DNA of 64,000 nt from a bacterium (lineage in GTDB: Bacteria; Armatimonadota; Fimbriimonadia; Fimbriimonadales; Fimbriimonadaceae): the NCBI GenBank assembly GCA_013823945.1, contig PNMZ01000001.1, forward strand, positions 906,356 through 970,355. Reading direction: 5' to 3'. The notes under the pieces are model-generated. The model searched no databases, had not been told where the DNA came from, and worked only from the letters and a program-made list of their open reading frames with translations. Shown piece by piece: positions 18,338 to 28,207 of this stretch. A program made the translations under genes and the position numbers. How positions within the stretch are numbered: the first letter of the stretch is position 1; every line of letters starts with the position of its first letter.

Positions 18338-18522
18338 CAGGATGTCATGAAATTGTAATCACTCGCGGCTGGCTTTGGTGTTTTAGGTTTGGTTTTTTAG
18401 GGTTTGAGCTGGTTGTTTGTTCGTTTCGCTTTTTGCGGCGCGAGTGGTGTTTTTGCCGTTTGAATCTGGTGAAATGCGTTTGCGCCCCTGACTTTCTTTG
18501 TGAAGAAGAGCAGAAGGATTTT

Positions 18523-19818
18523 ATGTCAACGGAAAAAAACAAGGTTGAGAGAGAGAAGTTTCAGGTGAATTCCGACGAGCGGGAGCGCGTGCTTTTGGTT
18601 TTTGTGAATGAGGAGCCGGAGGAAGACGCTTATGTTGAGGCGGAGCTAGAGGGCTTGGTAGACGCAGCGGGCGGCGAAGTTGCGGGGATGATTCGGCAAC
18701 GAGTTGAGCGACCAAAAAAGGCGACTTACATCGGTAAGGGCAAGGTTTTGGAAGTTCATGCGGCGGCATTGGAGCTTGGTGCAGACATGGTTGTGTTTGA
18801 CTGTGAGCTTTCGGGAATACACATCAAGAATCTGGAAGAAGCGATGAAGATGCGGGTTTTGGACCGCACGCAGTTGATCCTGGATATCTTTGCAGGCCGG
18901 GCGAAAACCAGGGAAGGTCAGTTGCAGGTTGAGTTAGCGCAGTACTCGTACCGATTGCCTCGTTTGATGAGCGTTTACACAAAGTTTGAACGTCAGCGCG
19001 GGGGGATCGGGATGCGCGGTCCAGGTGAAACGAAGCTGGAAAGTGACCGGCGGATGGTTCGGGATCGCATTGCGAAGTTGAAGCGAGACATTGATATGGT
19101 GAAGCAGCACCGGGCAATGCAGCGGGCCAGCCGGAGGGATCAGCCATATCCGATGGTGGCAATTGTTGGTTACACCAGTGCGGGGAAGTCGACTTTGATG
19201 AACACGATGGCCTCGACAGATTTGCTGGCGGATGCTATGCCGTTTGCGACACTTGACCCAACAACAAGGTTGCTGGATATGCCAGACGGATACCGGTTCT
19301 TCTTAAGCGATACGGTTGGCTTCATTCGGAAATTGCCAACGCTGTTGGTTGCGGCTTTTCGGGCGACGTTAGAGGAGCTTCTCTTTGCTGATTTGCTTCT
19401 GCATGTTGTGGATGTGAGCAATCCGGAATGGGAGATGCAATTGGAGGCGGTGTTGCAGACGGTGAATGATCTGGGTGCAGACTCGGTTCCGATGCTCACG
19501 GTGTTTAACAAGATTGATGCGGCTCCTGATCCGATCGCGGTGCGCAAAATCGCAGCAGAGCATCCCGGATCGGTTGCGATCAGTGCGCTCACGGGCGAAG
19601 GGATTGACGATTTTTTTGCAATGATCAAAAATGCAGTGAGCGACCGTCTGAGCATTGTCAAAGCTTTGGTTCCTTACTCTGAGTCGAACTTGGTGGAGCG
19701 GGCGTATGACTACGGAAGAGTGCTGAAAAAGGAGTATCGCGATGAAGGAATTTATGTCGAAGCTGAGCTGGTTCCTGAACACCGTGGGAAGTTTGAAGCG
19801 TTCTTGATAGAAGAGTGA
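18523..19818 (+). CDS. hflX: GTPase HflX
   Basis: HflX N-domain followed by G-domain motifs GYTSAGKSTLMN (G1), DTVGFI (G3) and NKID (G4). The ATG at 18523 (MSTEKNKVEREKF) is the likely start. Confidence 0.9.
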   Translation: MSTEKNKVEREKFQVNSDERERVLLVFVNEEPEEDAYVEAELEGLVDAAGGEVAGMIRQRVERPKKATYIGKGKVLEVHAAALELGADMVVFDCELSGIHIKNLEEAMKMRVLDRTQLILDIFAGRAKTREGQLQVELAQYSYRLPRLMSVYTKFERQRGGIGMRGPGETKLESDRRMVRDRIAKLKRDIDMVKQHRAMQRASRRDQPYPMVAIVGYTSAGKSTLMNTMASTDLLADAMPFATLDPTTRLLDMPDGYRFFLSDTVGFIRKLPTLLVAAFRATLEELLFADLLLHVVDVSNPEWEMQLEAVLQTVNDLGADSVPMLTVFNKIDAAPDPIAVRKIAAEHPGSVAISALTGEGIDDFFAMIKNAVSDRLSIVKALVPYSESNLVERAYDYGRVLKKEYRDEGIYVEAELVPEHRGKFEAFLIEE

Positions 19819-20654
19819 TGCGATTAGAAGATTGGATTCGTGATGCAACCGATGAGTTGGCTCTGGCGGGGGTGGATAGCCCCCGCTTGGATGCCCAGGT
19901 TTTGGCGGCACACGGATTGGGTCGTGATCGAAGTTGGGTTTTGGCTCATCCGGAGGAGATGGTTTCGGGGGATGATTTGCGTGGTTTGTTACAGCGGCGG
20001 GTGAATCGCGAGCCGCTGGCATACATCACCGGGGTTCGGGAGTTTTATGGGCGGACGTTTTATGTTGATCAGGACGTTTTGGTTCCGCGCCAGGAAACGG
20101 AGTTTGTGGTTGAGCGGGCGAAGTTGTGGATGGGGGATGGGAAGGATTTCGAGGTTCTGGATGTGGGAACGGGGAGTGGGTGCATTGGGATTTCTTTGGC
20201 TTTGGAGTGTCCGGGGACTCGGGTGACCCTGTTGGATAAATCGGCGAATGCTTTGCGAGTCGCCAATAAGAATGCGGAGTCGCTCGGGGCGCGGGTGCAA
20301 TTTGTCCATTCGGATCTTTATGCGGCTTTGCCGAGGCGTCGGTACCGGGTTGTGGTCAGCAATCCGCCTTACGTTGCGCATCGGGATGATTTGCCACCGG
20401 AAGTTCGGGATTTTGAGCCGGAGACGGCTTTGTTTGCGGACGCGGACGGTTTGGCAATGTACCGAAGGCTTGCCGCAGAAACTTTTGCGGCGACGCGTTG
20501 TGAGGTATTGATCGTTGAGATTGGTCAGGGGCAGGCAGACGGCGTCTCGGCAATTTTTTCGGAGTACGGTTGGGATTTAGCGGATGCGATGACAGATTTG
20601 AGCCGAATTGTTCGGACTTTGACTTTTTGTCCGGCCGATGTTGCGACGCTTTGA
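19815..20654 (+). CDS. prmC: Release factor glutamine N5-methyltransferase PrmC/HemK
   Basis: Catalytic NPPY motif (VVSNPPYV) and the SAM-binding motif LDVGTGSGCIGISLA. GTG start overlapping the hflX stop (GTGA). Confidence 0.85.
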   Translation: MMRLEDWIRDATDELALAGVDSPRLDAQVLAAHGLGRDRSWVLAHPEEMVSGDDLRGLLQRRVNREPLAYITGVREFYGRTFYVDQDVLVPRQETEFVVERAKLWMGDGKDFEVLDVGTGSGCIGISLALECPGTRVTLLDKSANALRVANKNAESLGARVQFVHSDLYAALPRRRYRVVVSNPPYVAHRDDLPPEVRDFEPETALFADADGLAMYRRLAAETFAATRCEVLIVEIGQGQADGVSAIFSEYGWDLADAMTDLSRIVRTLTFCPADVATL

Positions 20655-20699
20655 TTTGACCTTTTTGAGTCTGAGGGAGGCGGATATACTGTTTCGTTA

Positions 20700-21224
20700 A
20701 TGGACATTGTGGTGCCCAAGGATTTTCAGCATTTGTATGTGCGTGATGAGAAGCGTCCGGTTGTGAAGATTCCGGATGGGGTTTTGCGTCAAGTGGCGGC
20801 ACCAGTTGAGAAGATTACGAAACGCCATGTGAAGTTGGCGGACAACATGGTGAGAATTATGAAAGAGGCGCACGGGGTTGGGATTGCGGCGCCGCAAGTG
20901 GGTGTGAGTGAGCGAATAATTGTCATTGCGCCAGAGAAGAAGCCCGTGATATTGGTAAATCCTGAAATTAAGGAAAAAAGCGGCAAGATTGTTGGACAGG
21001 AAGGGTGTTTGAGTATTCCCGGTCTTTACGGTGATGTCGAGCGGTTCGCCAAGATCTCGGTGGAGGCTTATGACATCAAAGGTAAACCTGTTGACTACGA
21101 TATGGAAGGATACGCGGCGGTGATCGTCCAGCATGAAATTGATCATTTGGATGGGATATTGTTTATTGATAAAGTTGATGAAACGACCCTTGAATGGCGC
21201 GATCCGAACCCGGAGGATGAGTGA
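20700..21224 (+). CDS. def: Peptide deformylase
   Basis: All three Def motifs are present: GIAAPQVG, EGCLS and HEIDHLDG. Confidence 0.9.
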   Translation: MDIVVPKDFQHLYVRDEKRPVVKIPDGVLRQVAAPVEKITKRHVKLADNMVRIMKEAHGVGIAAPQVGVSERIIVIAPEKKPVILVNPEIKEKSGKIVGQEGCLSIPGLYGDVERFAKISVEAYDIKGKPVDYDMEGYAAVIVQHEIDHLDGILFIDKVDETTLEWRDPNPEDE

Positions 21225-22138
21225 GACTTGTTTACTTTGGGACAGCCGATTTTGCCGTTCCGGCGCTTCGCGCAATTGCTGACCATGTGACGCTCGTGGT
21301 GAGCCAGCCGGATCGTCCGAAAGGGCGGGGTCTGCAGTTGCAGGCTTCTCCGGTGAAACACGTGGCTTTAGAGCTGGGGCTGAAGGTAGAAACGCCAGAG
21401 AAGTGCCGAACACCGGAATTTGTTGAGCGCCTCAGGGCTGAAGATGCAGATGTCTTTTTGGTAGCGGCCTATGGGCAGATTTTGAGTCAGACGGTGTTGG
21501 ACATACCGAAACGGGGATGTATTAATTTACACGGATCGATTTTGCCGAGGTGGCGAGGTGCGGCCCCGATTCAGCGTGCAATTGAGGCGGGGGATACGGT
21601 GACGGGGGTGACATTGATGCAAATGGATCGAGGAATGGATACGGGGGATATCATTGCATTCGAAACTCGTTCGATAGGGGAATTTGAAACGGCGGGGGTT
21701 GTTTATCGGGATTTGGCGGATTTGGCGGGGGAAATTGCAGCGAGTTGGATGCCTTTAATTGCTAAGGGTGCTTACAAGAGGATTCCGCAGGACAGTGATT
21801 TGGCGATGATGGCTCCGAAAGTTGAGAAGTCTGAAGCGGAGATTACGGCAAATTTGGATTTGCGAACAGCCTTTAATCGATTTAGGGCGTTTACGCCGTC
21901 ACCGGGTGCGTTTGTTGTCTCGGAGCTAGGGCAGATCAAGTTGCACGAGGTTCGTCCGGTACCGGGGATGGTTGGGGAACCAGGGACGCTTTTGGCGATC
22001 CAGGGCCAGATGGTTGTGGCTTTGCAGGATGGCGCATTGAATTTGGAAGTCTTTCAGTTGGAGGGGCGCAAGCGGGTAACGGCCCAAGAATTCTTGAATG
22101 GGGCACAGTTAAGACCGGGAATGCGTTTTTTACGGTGA
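21221..22138 (+). CDS. fmt: Methionyl-tRNA formyltransferase
   Basis: N-terminal MRLVYFGTADFAVPAL, the HGSILPRWRGAAPIQRAI formyltransferase core, and the Fmt C-terminal domain. It follows def in the classic def-fmt arrangement with a GTGA overlap. Confidence 0.9.
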   Translation: MRLVYFGTADFAVPALRAIADHVTLVVSQPDRPKGRGLQLQASPVKHVALELGLKVETPEKCRTPEFVERLRAEDADVFLVAAYGQILSQTVLDIPKRGCINLHGSILPRWRGAAPIQRAIEAGDTVTGVTLMQMDRGMDTGDIIAFETRSIGEFETAGVVYRDLADLAGEIAASWMPLIAKGAYKRIPQDSDLAMMAPKVEKSEAEITANLDLRTAFNRFRAFTPSPGAFVVSELGQIKLHEVRPVPGMVGEPGTLLAIQGQMVVALQDGALNLEVFQLEGRKRVTAQEFLNGAQLRPGMRFLR

Positions 22139-22168
22139 TGAGTGGGCCAAAATGGTCTTGCATTTGAT

Positions 22169-23419
22169 ATGAAAAAGCAGGTTGCGACTCGATTTGTGAT
22201 TGGAGCCATTGCGATAGTTGCGATGGCCCTGGGTTATTGGTGGTTCCAGCGATTTGTCCAGGATCCTGATTTGGGAGATTTTGACTCTGTAGGTCACGTC
22301 GTGGCGGTCAATTTGACGCGCGAAGGTGGTCGGGTTGTGCAGTTTGATGAGGCAGGCAAAGAAATAGCGGCACCGAACCCGGAGAAAAAAGTTTGGGATG
22401 ACCGGGGAGCTAGTTGGAGTTCAGATGGGCAACGAGTTTTTATTAGCAGTAACCGGGAGCAAGAGTCGTATTCGATTTACCGCTGGAATCCAGTGAAGAA
22501 TGTTGTGGAGCGTCGCTCAAAGGGTTCGATTAGTCAGGCAGTGCCTTGGTTTAGCAAGCAGTTCGTGACGGCAGATACACAGCTGGGTTGGTTATTGGCA
22601 GGGGGTCAAATTTTAGCATTGGACGTCCGGAGTGGCGATACGAGCCAAGTTTTGCCTCAGGCTATGGATCGGACAACGCAGGGAAGCGAAGGGGGCTCTA
22701 TTGGGGCGATGTCGATGTATGAAAAATTTGGGGAGAGTTTTGTTCTGGCTCGTCCTACGAACGTCGAAGGCTATCTCTATGGCCTGATGCGCAATGACGA
22801 GGGGTATGCGGTGATTTTGCAGAGGCTTGGGGCCGAGCCAGAGTCGGGAATGCCTTATCCGCCGCAGGAGATTTTCCGGGCCCGTCGCGTTCAGTTGATG
22901 ACTGATGAATCTGGCACGGCTTTGGTCATCATTGATGGGTTCCAATTTCCGCCTAATGCAGAAATTCCGAAGGAGTTTATTAAGGATGGCAAAGTGGTTC
23001 CGCCATTCTTTGCCGCAATCTATAAACTGAGCTTAGGTGCTTTGGGTGAGGTTCAAGCCCAATTGGTGGCGGCGATTCCAACGAATGGTAAAGAGTCGTT
23101 CGGTGATGCAGCTTTAACCTCAGATGGGACAAAGATTGCCGTGGTCATTGGTGGACGCTTAGAAGATAACGGATTTGAGCCGGCGGGTTTGCTTTCGATG
23201 CCGTTTGAAGAAAACGGTGGGCAGAAGATTGTGCCGCTCGTGCAGGGAGCGATCAGTTCGCCGGATTGGTCGCCCGATGGATCAAAGATTGTCTATCTAA
23301 AGCGCGATGGGCAGGATGTGGATGTTTACCGAGCGAATGGCGACGGGAGTGGGGAGACGCGGTTAAGCGACGGTGGAAACTGGTCAATGCCAAAGTTTAG
23401 TCCGCAGGTTGCGCAGTAA
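22169..23419 (+). CDS. Membrane-anchored TolB-like WD40/PD40 beta-propeller protein
   Basis: N-terminal TM anchor (FVIGAIAIVAMALGYWWF) followed by PD40-type repeats (SSDGQRVFISS, SPDWSPDGSKIVY). Confidence 0.6.
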   Translation: MKKQVATRFVIGAIAIVAMALGYWWFQRFVQDPDLGDFDSVGHVVAVNLTREGGRVVQFDEAGKEIAAPNPEKKVWDDRGASWSSDGQRVFISSNREQESYSIYRWNPVKNVVERRSKGSISQAVPWFSKQFVTADTQLGWLLAGGQILALDVRSGDTSQVLPQAMDRTTQGSEGGSIGAMSMYEKFGESFVLARPTNVEGYLYGLMRNDEGYAVILQRLGAEPESGMPYPPQEIFRARRVQLMTDESGTALVIIDGFQFPPNAEIPKEFIKDGKVVPPFFAAIYKLSLGALGEVQAQLVAAIPTNGKESFGDAALTSDGTKIAVVIGGRLEDNGFEPAGLLSMPFEENGGQKIVPLVQGAISSPDWSPDGSKIVYLKRDGQDVDVYRANGDGSGETRLSDGGNWSMPKFSPQVAQ

Positions 23420-23861
23420 GTCGATCGAGAATTGACGTTGTAGATCGTCCGGTCAAGAAGGGGAGAATGATCACTTCTCCTCCATATGATCGGACGATTT
23501 TTGTTTCCGGAAGTTGTTCGGGAGAGTAGTCGCCCCCTTTGACATGAATGTCGGGTTTGAGGAGAGAGATGATAGATTCAGGTGTGTTTTCAGAAAAACT
23601 GACTGCGAAATCAACGCAACGGAGGGCGCGGATGATCGTGAGGCGATCTTCGAGGGAATTGATTGGCCGGTTGGGGGCTTTGTTGAGGTTTTTGACGCTT
23701 TGATCTGAGTTCAAGGCGACGACGAGAATATCCCCGAGGGTTTTGGCTTGTTCGAGATAGGTGACGTGTCCGGCGTGAAGGATATCGAAAACGCCATTAG
23801 TGAAAACGAGGGTTTTGCCCTGGCGAGTTTGCGTGATGATTTCTAGAATTTCTGGACTCAT
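23397..23861 (-). CDS. D-glycero-beta-D-manno-heptose 1-phosphate adenylyltransferase (RfaE/HldE domain II, cytidylyltransferase-like)
   Basis: FTNGVFDILHAGHVTYLEQAK nucleotidyltransferase motif. The ATG at 23861 (MSPEILEIIT) gives a 154 aa protein typical of stand-alone RfaE2. Confidence 0.8.
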   Translation of the reverse strand: MSPEILEIITQTRQGKTLVFTNGVFDILHAGHVTYLEQAKTLGDILVVALNSDQSVKNLNKAPNRPINSLEDRLTIIRALRCVDFAVSFSENTPESIISLLKPDIHVKGGDYSPEQLPETKIVRSYGGEVIILPFLTGRSTTSILDRLTAQPAD

Positions 23862-24766
23862 TGATCTAATAATTTTTGGGCGAGGATTTTTACCTCCTCT
23901 GGGTCGATTGTGAGGGAGTTTTGAAGTTGACCGTATGGACACGAACGATGGGGTTTCGTGAGGGTATAGAGACCGATGCACGGAGTCTGGAGACCAGCGG
24001 CGATGTGGATTGAACCGGTATCGCCGGCGATGTGGAGATCGGCCCGGGCGAGGAGAGCGATGAGTTCGGCGACTTTCGTTTTGCCAATAAGACTGATTGG
24101 TCTTGATTTTGCGTGGGCTATCACGTCAGCAACTGCAGGTTCATCAGCTTGGGTTCCGATAAATGCGATGGTTGCACGGTCAGCGAAGGAATCGGCGAGA
24201 GTAGCGAAGTTCGCGGCGGGCCACCTTTTTGTTGCCCATCCGGCTCCGGCGTGGCACACAACGAGTTTCTTGCTCGGATCAAATTCTGAGGCGAGGGAGT
24301 TGGTGGATGCGATGGCTTCTGGGGTTGGTTGGAGGCCAAAATCGGTAAGGGTTGCGCCTCCGGCGGCACGGGCGACATCTACATACTGGTCAACGATATG
24401 AATTGATTTTGGGTCAGGAATCACGGGTTGGGAGAACAGTCGGGCTCCTTCTCTTTGCCAGTGGTAGCCGAGCTTTCGCTTTGCGTTTGCGTAGGAAACG
24501 GGAAGGGCAGATTTGAGAAGTCCTTGAAGGTCGAGGGCCACATCAAATTCACCTAGGGCTTTTATGGTGGATTTCCACGTTTTTGAGTCTTTGTCGAGGA
24601 CGATGACTTGGTCAACGTGGGTGCAGGCTCGGGGTACATCGGCGAATCGTTTGTCGCAGATCCAAACTATCTCTGAATCGGGGAAAGCGTGGCGGAGTGA
24701 TCCTGCGGCGGGGAGAGAGCAGGCGACATCGCCGAGGGCACTTAGTCGACTAATGAGGAAGCGGAT
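23858..24766 (-). CDS. ADP-heptose:LPS heptosyltransferase (GT9) paralog 2, with no canonical start codon
   Basis: The track calls 23858..24541 from a GTG, but the same frame stays open up to 24805. That upstream stretch encodes a classical GT9 N-terminus (RFLISRLSALGDVACSLPAAGSLRHAFPDSEIVWICDKRFADV) with no ATG, GTG or TTG in frame. Candidate initiators are only ATC (24764-66) or ATT (24752-54). The C-terminus carries GDTGSIHIAAGLQTPCIGLY. Confidence 0.55.
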   Translation of the reverse strand: MRFLISRLSALGDVACSLPAAGSLRHAFPDSEIVWICDKRFADVPRACTHVDQVIVLDKDSKTWKSTIKALGEFDVALDLQGLLKSALPVSYANAKRKLGYHWQREGARLFSQPVIPDPKSIHIVDQYVDVARAAGGATLTDFGLQPTPEAIASTNSLASEFDPSKKLVVCHAGAGWATKRWPAANFATLADSFADRATIAFIGTQADEPAVADVIAHAKSRPISLIGKTKVAELIALLARADLHIAGDTGSIHIAAGLQTPCIGLYTLTKPHRSCPYGQLQNSLTIDPEEVKILAQKLLDQ

Positions 24767-25689
24767 GGGCGACCTCCTAGATAGCGTTCGGCGGAGCGGA
24801 TGATTTCATCGGCGGTGATGTCATCGGGTTCGGGGCCCGGCCTGAGAATAGTTGCATTTTCGCCAAAAGGGCGATATCGGCGGGGATCGGTTTTGCCAAA
24901 GACGGTGACGGTTGGTACGCCATAGGCAGAAGCGGCGTGGGCGGTGCCAGTATCGGCGGATATGTGGAGGCGAGAATTGGCGACGAGGTTAAGCGCACGT
25001 TCAAGATTGATTTGTCCAACAAGATTGGTCACACCTTCAGTGTAGATGGAGTCATCTCCGGGGCCACCGATGGCAGTGACTTTGTGACCTTGGTAGATCA
25101 GTTCTTTAGCGACCTGGTGCCAGCGTTGGGAGGACAGCTTTTTGTGGGGGTGGCCAGAGCCCGTTTGGATGATGATTTGGTGGTTAGGAGCCTCGTGGAC
25201 GGGCGGCATCAGGGGTCGGATGGGGATTCGGCATTCGTGCCAGGCATTGAGGAGTCGGCTGGCGGCCTCGACTTCGTGAACGCTGCCGAGAAGACAATCG
25301 TGGGTGGGATTGAGTCGTTGGGACAAGCCATCGGAAGTGAGGATGGCGAGCCGCTTTTTGGCGCCGGAAAGGCGGAGGCAGAGGGCGGTTTTGACTTGAC
25401 CTTGGAGATCGAAGCCGACGTCGAAATGCTCGCGGCGGAGGGCGGAGAACATTCGGAATTGGGCGAGCCAGGTAGTTGGTGCGCTGCGGTGGCGTTTCCA
25501 ATGTTCGGTATCGGCAAAGACGACTTCGTCAACGAGTCGGGAGCGGTCAATGACGGGGGCAAATCGGTCTTGTACAGCCCAGGTGATGTGGGCTTGTGGG
25601 ATCGTGTTTCTGAGACCGGTGAGGGCCCAGGCAGCCATGATGCAGTCACCCATTGCGCTAAACCGAACGACCAGAATTTTCGGTTTCAT
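24742..25689 (-). CDS. ADP-heptose:LPS heptosyltransferase (GT9) paralog 1
   Basis: MKPKILVVRFSAMGDCIM N-terminus and ISADTGTAHAASAYGVPTVTVFG C-terminal motif. ATG at 25689. Confidence 0.8.
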   Translation of the reverse strand: MKPKILVVRFSAMGDCIMAAWALTGLRNTIPQAHITWAVQDRFAPVIDRSRLVDEVVFADTEHWKRHRSAPTTWLAQFRMFSALRREHFDVGFDLQGQVKTALCLRLSGAKKRLAILTSDGLSQRLNPTHDCLLGSVHEVEAASRLLNAWHECRIPIRPLMPPVHEAPNHQIIIQTGSGHPHKKLSSQRWHQVAKELIYQGHKVTAIGGPGDDSIYTEGVTNLVGQINLERALNLVANSRLHISADTGTAHAASAYGVPTVTVFGKTDPRRYRPFGENATILRPGPEPDDITADEIIRSAERYLGGRPSASSLVD

Positions 25690-26582
25690 AAGAGTCCATT
25701 TCGGCGGGCGTTGCGCCATCGGTCGTGCATCCAGAGCCATTGAGACGGGTTCTCTCGGATGCGGTCTTCAAGCCAATTATTGATTGCCCGCATCGCACCT
25801 TCCCCGGCTTGATCTTCGGGGAGGGTGGGTTGGAGATGGGGATAGAAGGTCATTGTGTACTGGCCCTTTCCAGTGTAGACGCAGGCAACGGGGAGGATGG
25901 TCGCTTGAGTTCGGGAATGGAAGACCCCCGGGCCAAGAGCAGTTCCAGCAGGGTGGTCAAAGAAGGGAAGGAAGATGTCGCTGGCGTTCTGGTCGGGGAG
26001 GATGCCGACGATTTCGTTCGCCCGGAGCTTGAGCAGGACTTGGCGGGCGGCTTGACCTCGAGGAATAACTTGGGTGCCGGGTTTGCGGCGGATGTTGTTG
26101 ACAATACTGTTAACGCCTTCGTCATCGGCGTCGCGGGCGATGACATGGAGAGGGTATCCGGCGAGGCTCATCCAGGCGGAGACGCGTTCCCAATTGCCGA
26201 GGTGTCCGGTGATGAGGAGAGTGCCTTTTCCGGCATTCATAGCGGCATCGAGGTGTTCTCGACCAAAAATTTTTGTGGTTGATTCGAGGTCGGCTTGGGT
26301 GCGATCAATCCCGGCGAGGAAGTCGGTTGAGGTTCTGCCGAAGTGAAGGAAGACACCTTCCGCAATTTGGCTGATTTCCGAATCAGATTTTTCGGGGAAA
26401 GCAAGTTTGAGGTTATCGATTGTTCTTTGGCGGCGTTTGCCGGCAAATTGCCACATGCGGCGACCGTAGTTTTCTCCGATGCGCTCAACTTGTTCTGGGG
26501 ATTTGCCTTGAACTCGGCGCACCATGAACCGCATGAAAGCTTCTGCGACTTTACCGAGGAGTTTTTTCTTTGCGGAGCTCAT
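25686..26582 (-). CDS. Lipid A biosynthesis (Kdo)2-lipid IVA acyltransferase, LpxL/HtrB family
   Basis: LPLAT-superfamily signature LLITGHLGNWE (HX4D-type acyltransferase motif) with an N-terminal membrane anchor. Located between lpxK and the heptosyltransferases. Confidence 0.8.
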   Translation of the reverse strand: MSSAKKKLLGKVAEAFMRFMVRRVQGKSPEQVERIGENYGRRMWQFAGKRRQRTIDNLKLAFPEKSDSEISQIAEGVFLHFGRTSTDFLAGIDRTQADLESTTKIFGREHLDAAMNAGKGTLLITGHLGNWERVSAWMSLAGYPLHVIARDADDEGVNSIVNNIRRKPGTQVIPRGQAARQVLLKLRANEIVGILPDQNASDIFLPFFDHPAGTALGPGVFHSRTQATILPVACVYTGKGQYTMTFYPHLQPTLPEDQAGEGAMRAINNWLEDRIRENPSQWLWMHDRWRNARRNGLL

Positions 26583-27585
26583 GGATTTTTGATTCTAACC
26601 AGTTGAGGAATTCTTCGGGGTGTTTTGGAGCGACGAGGTAGTTGGCGATGGAGAATTGGTAGTTCTTGGCTTCAGTGTGGTTCTTAAGTTTGACGTAATC
26701 TTTTGCGGTGACGACGAGGGGTAATTCTGGTTCAAGGTTGGCGAAGAGGTTACCTGCGGTGAGGGGGTCGTGGTCGGGGCGGAGGGTGGCTTTTTGAACT
26801 CGGAGGCCTATAGTTTGGAGGCTGTTGAGGAATCGGTGAGGTTGTCCGATGGCGCAGAGGGCGTTAACTTTTGTATTGGGAGGGAGAGACGGATTGAGCT
26901 GGAGCGGGAGGGGCTGGATGTGTTCGTCGTAGGTGAGGATTCGGGTTGCACGGCGGGCACCGACGGATTTGGGTTCTCGGTATGGGCCAGCGGGAAAGCA
27001 AAAATCGTTTTCGAGATCTGGTTCGATGATGAGGCTGAGATCGGGCTTGAGGCGAAGGTGTTGGAATCCATCATCCATGAGGAGGATATGATTGGGGAAC
27101 TGTTGAGCTGCGAGCTGAGCAGCGGCAACGCGATCATGTCCAACGATGAGGGGGAGATCGGGCAAAAGTTCGCGAAACATGGTGGATTCATCGCCCCACT
27201 CATTGACATCGAGCGAGCCGTTCGGGGCGAGGGTTGCGCCGTGGTATTTGGGGGATCCGTATCCAGATGTGCTGAGAACAATGGGGTGATTGCGACTCGT
27301 GAGAGCCTCTGCTAGATAAACTGTGAAGGGAGTTTTTCCGGATCCACCAGCGGTGAAGTTTCCGATTATGATGGTGGGAATTTCGGGGATATGTGGTTTT
27401 TTGAGTCCGAGTTCGTAAATTGCAAGATAGGTGCGCCAGCCGAGTTGGTAAAGGAGGCTGAGGGGGCTGAGGATGTAGGCGATGTGGCCTTTTTCTTCCC
27501 AGGCTCGTTCGATTGCGGCTTTCACGGAGATTGGGGTAATTGTGGCAGAGATGGCAGAACGGCATGCGGTGGTTGAGGGGTACAT
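26551..27585 (-). CDS. lpxK: Tetraacyldisaccharide 4'-kinase
   Basis: Walker A IIIGNFTAGGSGKTPF and overall LpxK length of 344 aa. Confidence 0.85.
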   Translation of the reverse strand: MYPSTTACRSAISATITPISVKAAIERAWEEKGHIAYILSPLSLLYQLGWRTYLAIYELGLKKPHIPEIPTIIIGNFTAGGSGKTPFTVYLAEALTSRNHPIVLSTSGYGSPKYHGATLAPNGSLDVNEWGDESTMFRELLPDLPLIVGHDRVAAAQLAAQQFPNHILLMDDGFQHLRLKPDLSLIIEPDLENDFCFPAGPYREPKSVGARRATRILTYDEHIQPLPLQLNPSLPPNTKVNALCAIGQPHRFLNSLQTIGLRVQKATLRPDHDPLTAGNLFANLEPELPLVVTAKDYVKLKNHTEAKNYQFSIANYLVAPKHPEEFLNWLESKIHELRKEKTPR

Positions 27586-28177
27586 GGTTGGTGGTTGGGA
27601 GGAGGTTGAAAGAGGACTTCCTGCATTGGAGTTAATCGAGCAGGTGAAGGGATTGAATCAATTGATGATTCACTTGCGGTGGGAAGAGAAGCATTTGGCG
27701 GGAATTTCTCGGACGGCTTCGCTGGCAGAAGGGTTAGTTGAGGGCGTCGTGGACGAGGATGTTTTGGGGGCTTGGAAGGCGGTTTGTTACAATCGAGCGG
27801 CGTTTTTTTGGCGGGGGTGGCAGGATGAAGATATTGAAATTTCGATGGATGAGGAAATAGATTCACGCCGCTATGCGATGCTGAATTTGGATTTGGCGGA
27901 GCGACTGGATAAACCTGCGGTTGCGAAGGGTCGGGCGGAATGGCTCTTGGGCGCGTTTGACTGGGCGACGGGGGATTTGGAATCGGCAGCCAATCGGTTT
28001 AGCCGAGCTGCTGAATTGGTCGATGATGAGCGGGAGGTTTTGATGATGCGGGCTTATGCGGGGGCCGTGCGTGGGGAAGATGTTGGGGCCATTTTGAATC
28101 AGCTTGATGGGATGGAGGAAGGTGAGTTTTATTCGGGGCAAGTGCGAACGGCGATGGCTGTTTATGGGACTGGTTGA
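27584..28177 (+). CDS. Hypothetical protein
   Basis: Coding-like ORF with no recognisable motif. The start is uncertain because the longer track ORF overlaps lpxK. Confidence 0.35.
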   Translation: MVGGWEEVERGLPALELIEQVKGLNQLMIHLRWEEKHLAGISRTASLAEGLVEGVVDEDVLGAWKAVCYNRAAFFWRGWQDEDIEISMDEEIDSRRYAMLNLDLAERLDKPAVAKGRAEWLLGAFDWATGDLESAANRFSRAAELVDDEREVLMMRAYAGAVRGEDVGAILNQLDGMEEGEFYSGQVRTAMAVYGTG

Positions 28178-28207
28178 AGTCAGGGGGGGCTTGAGACGTT
28201 TGATTCT

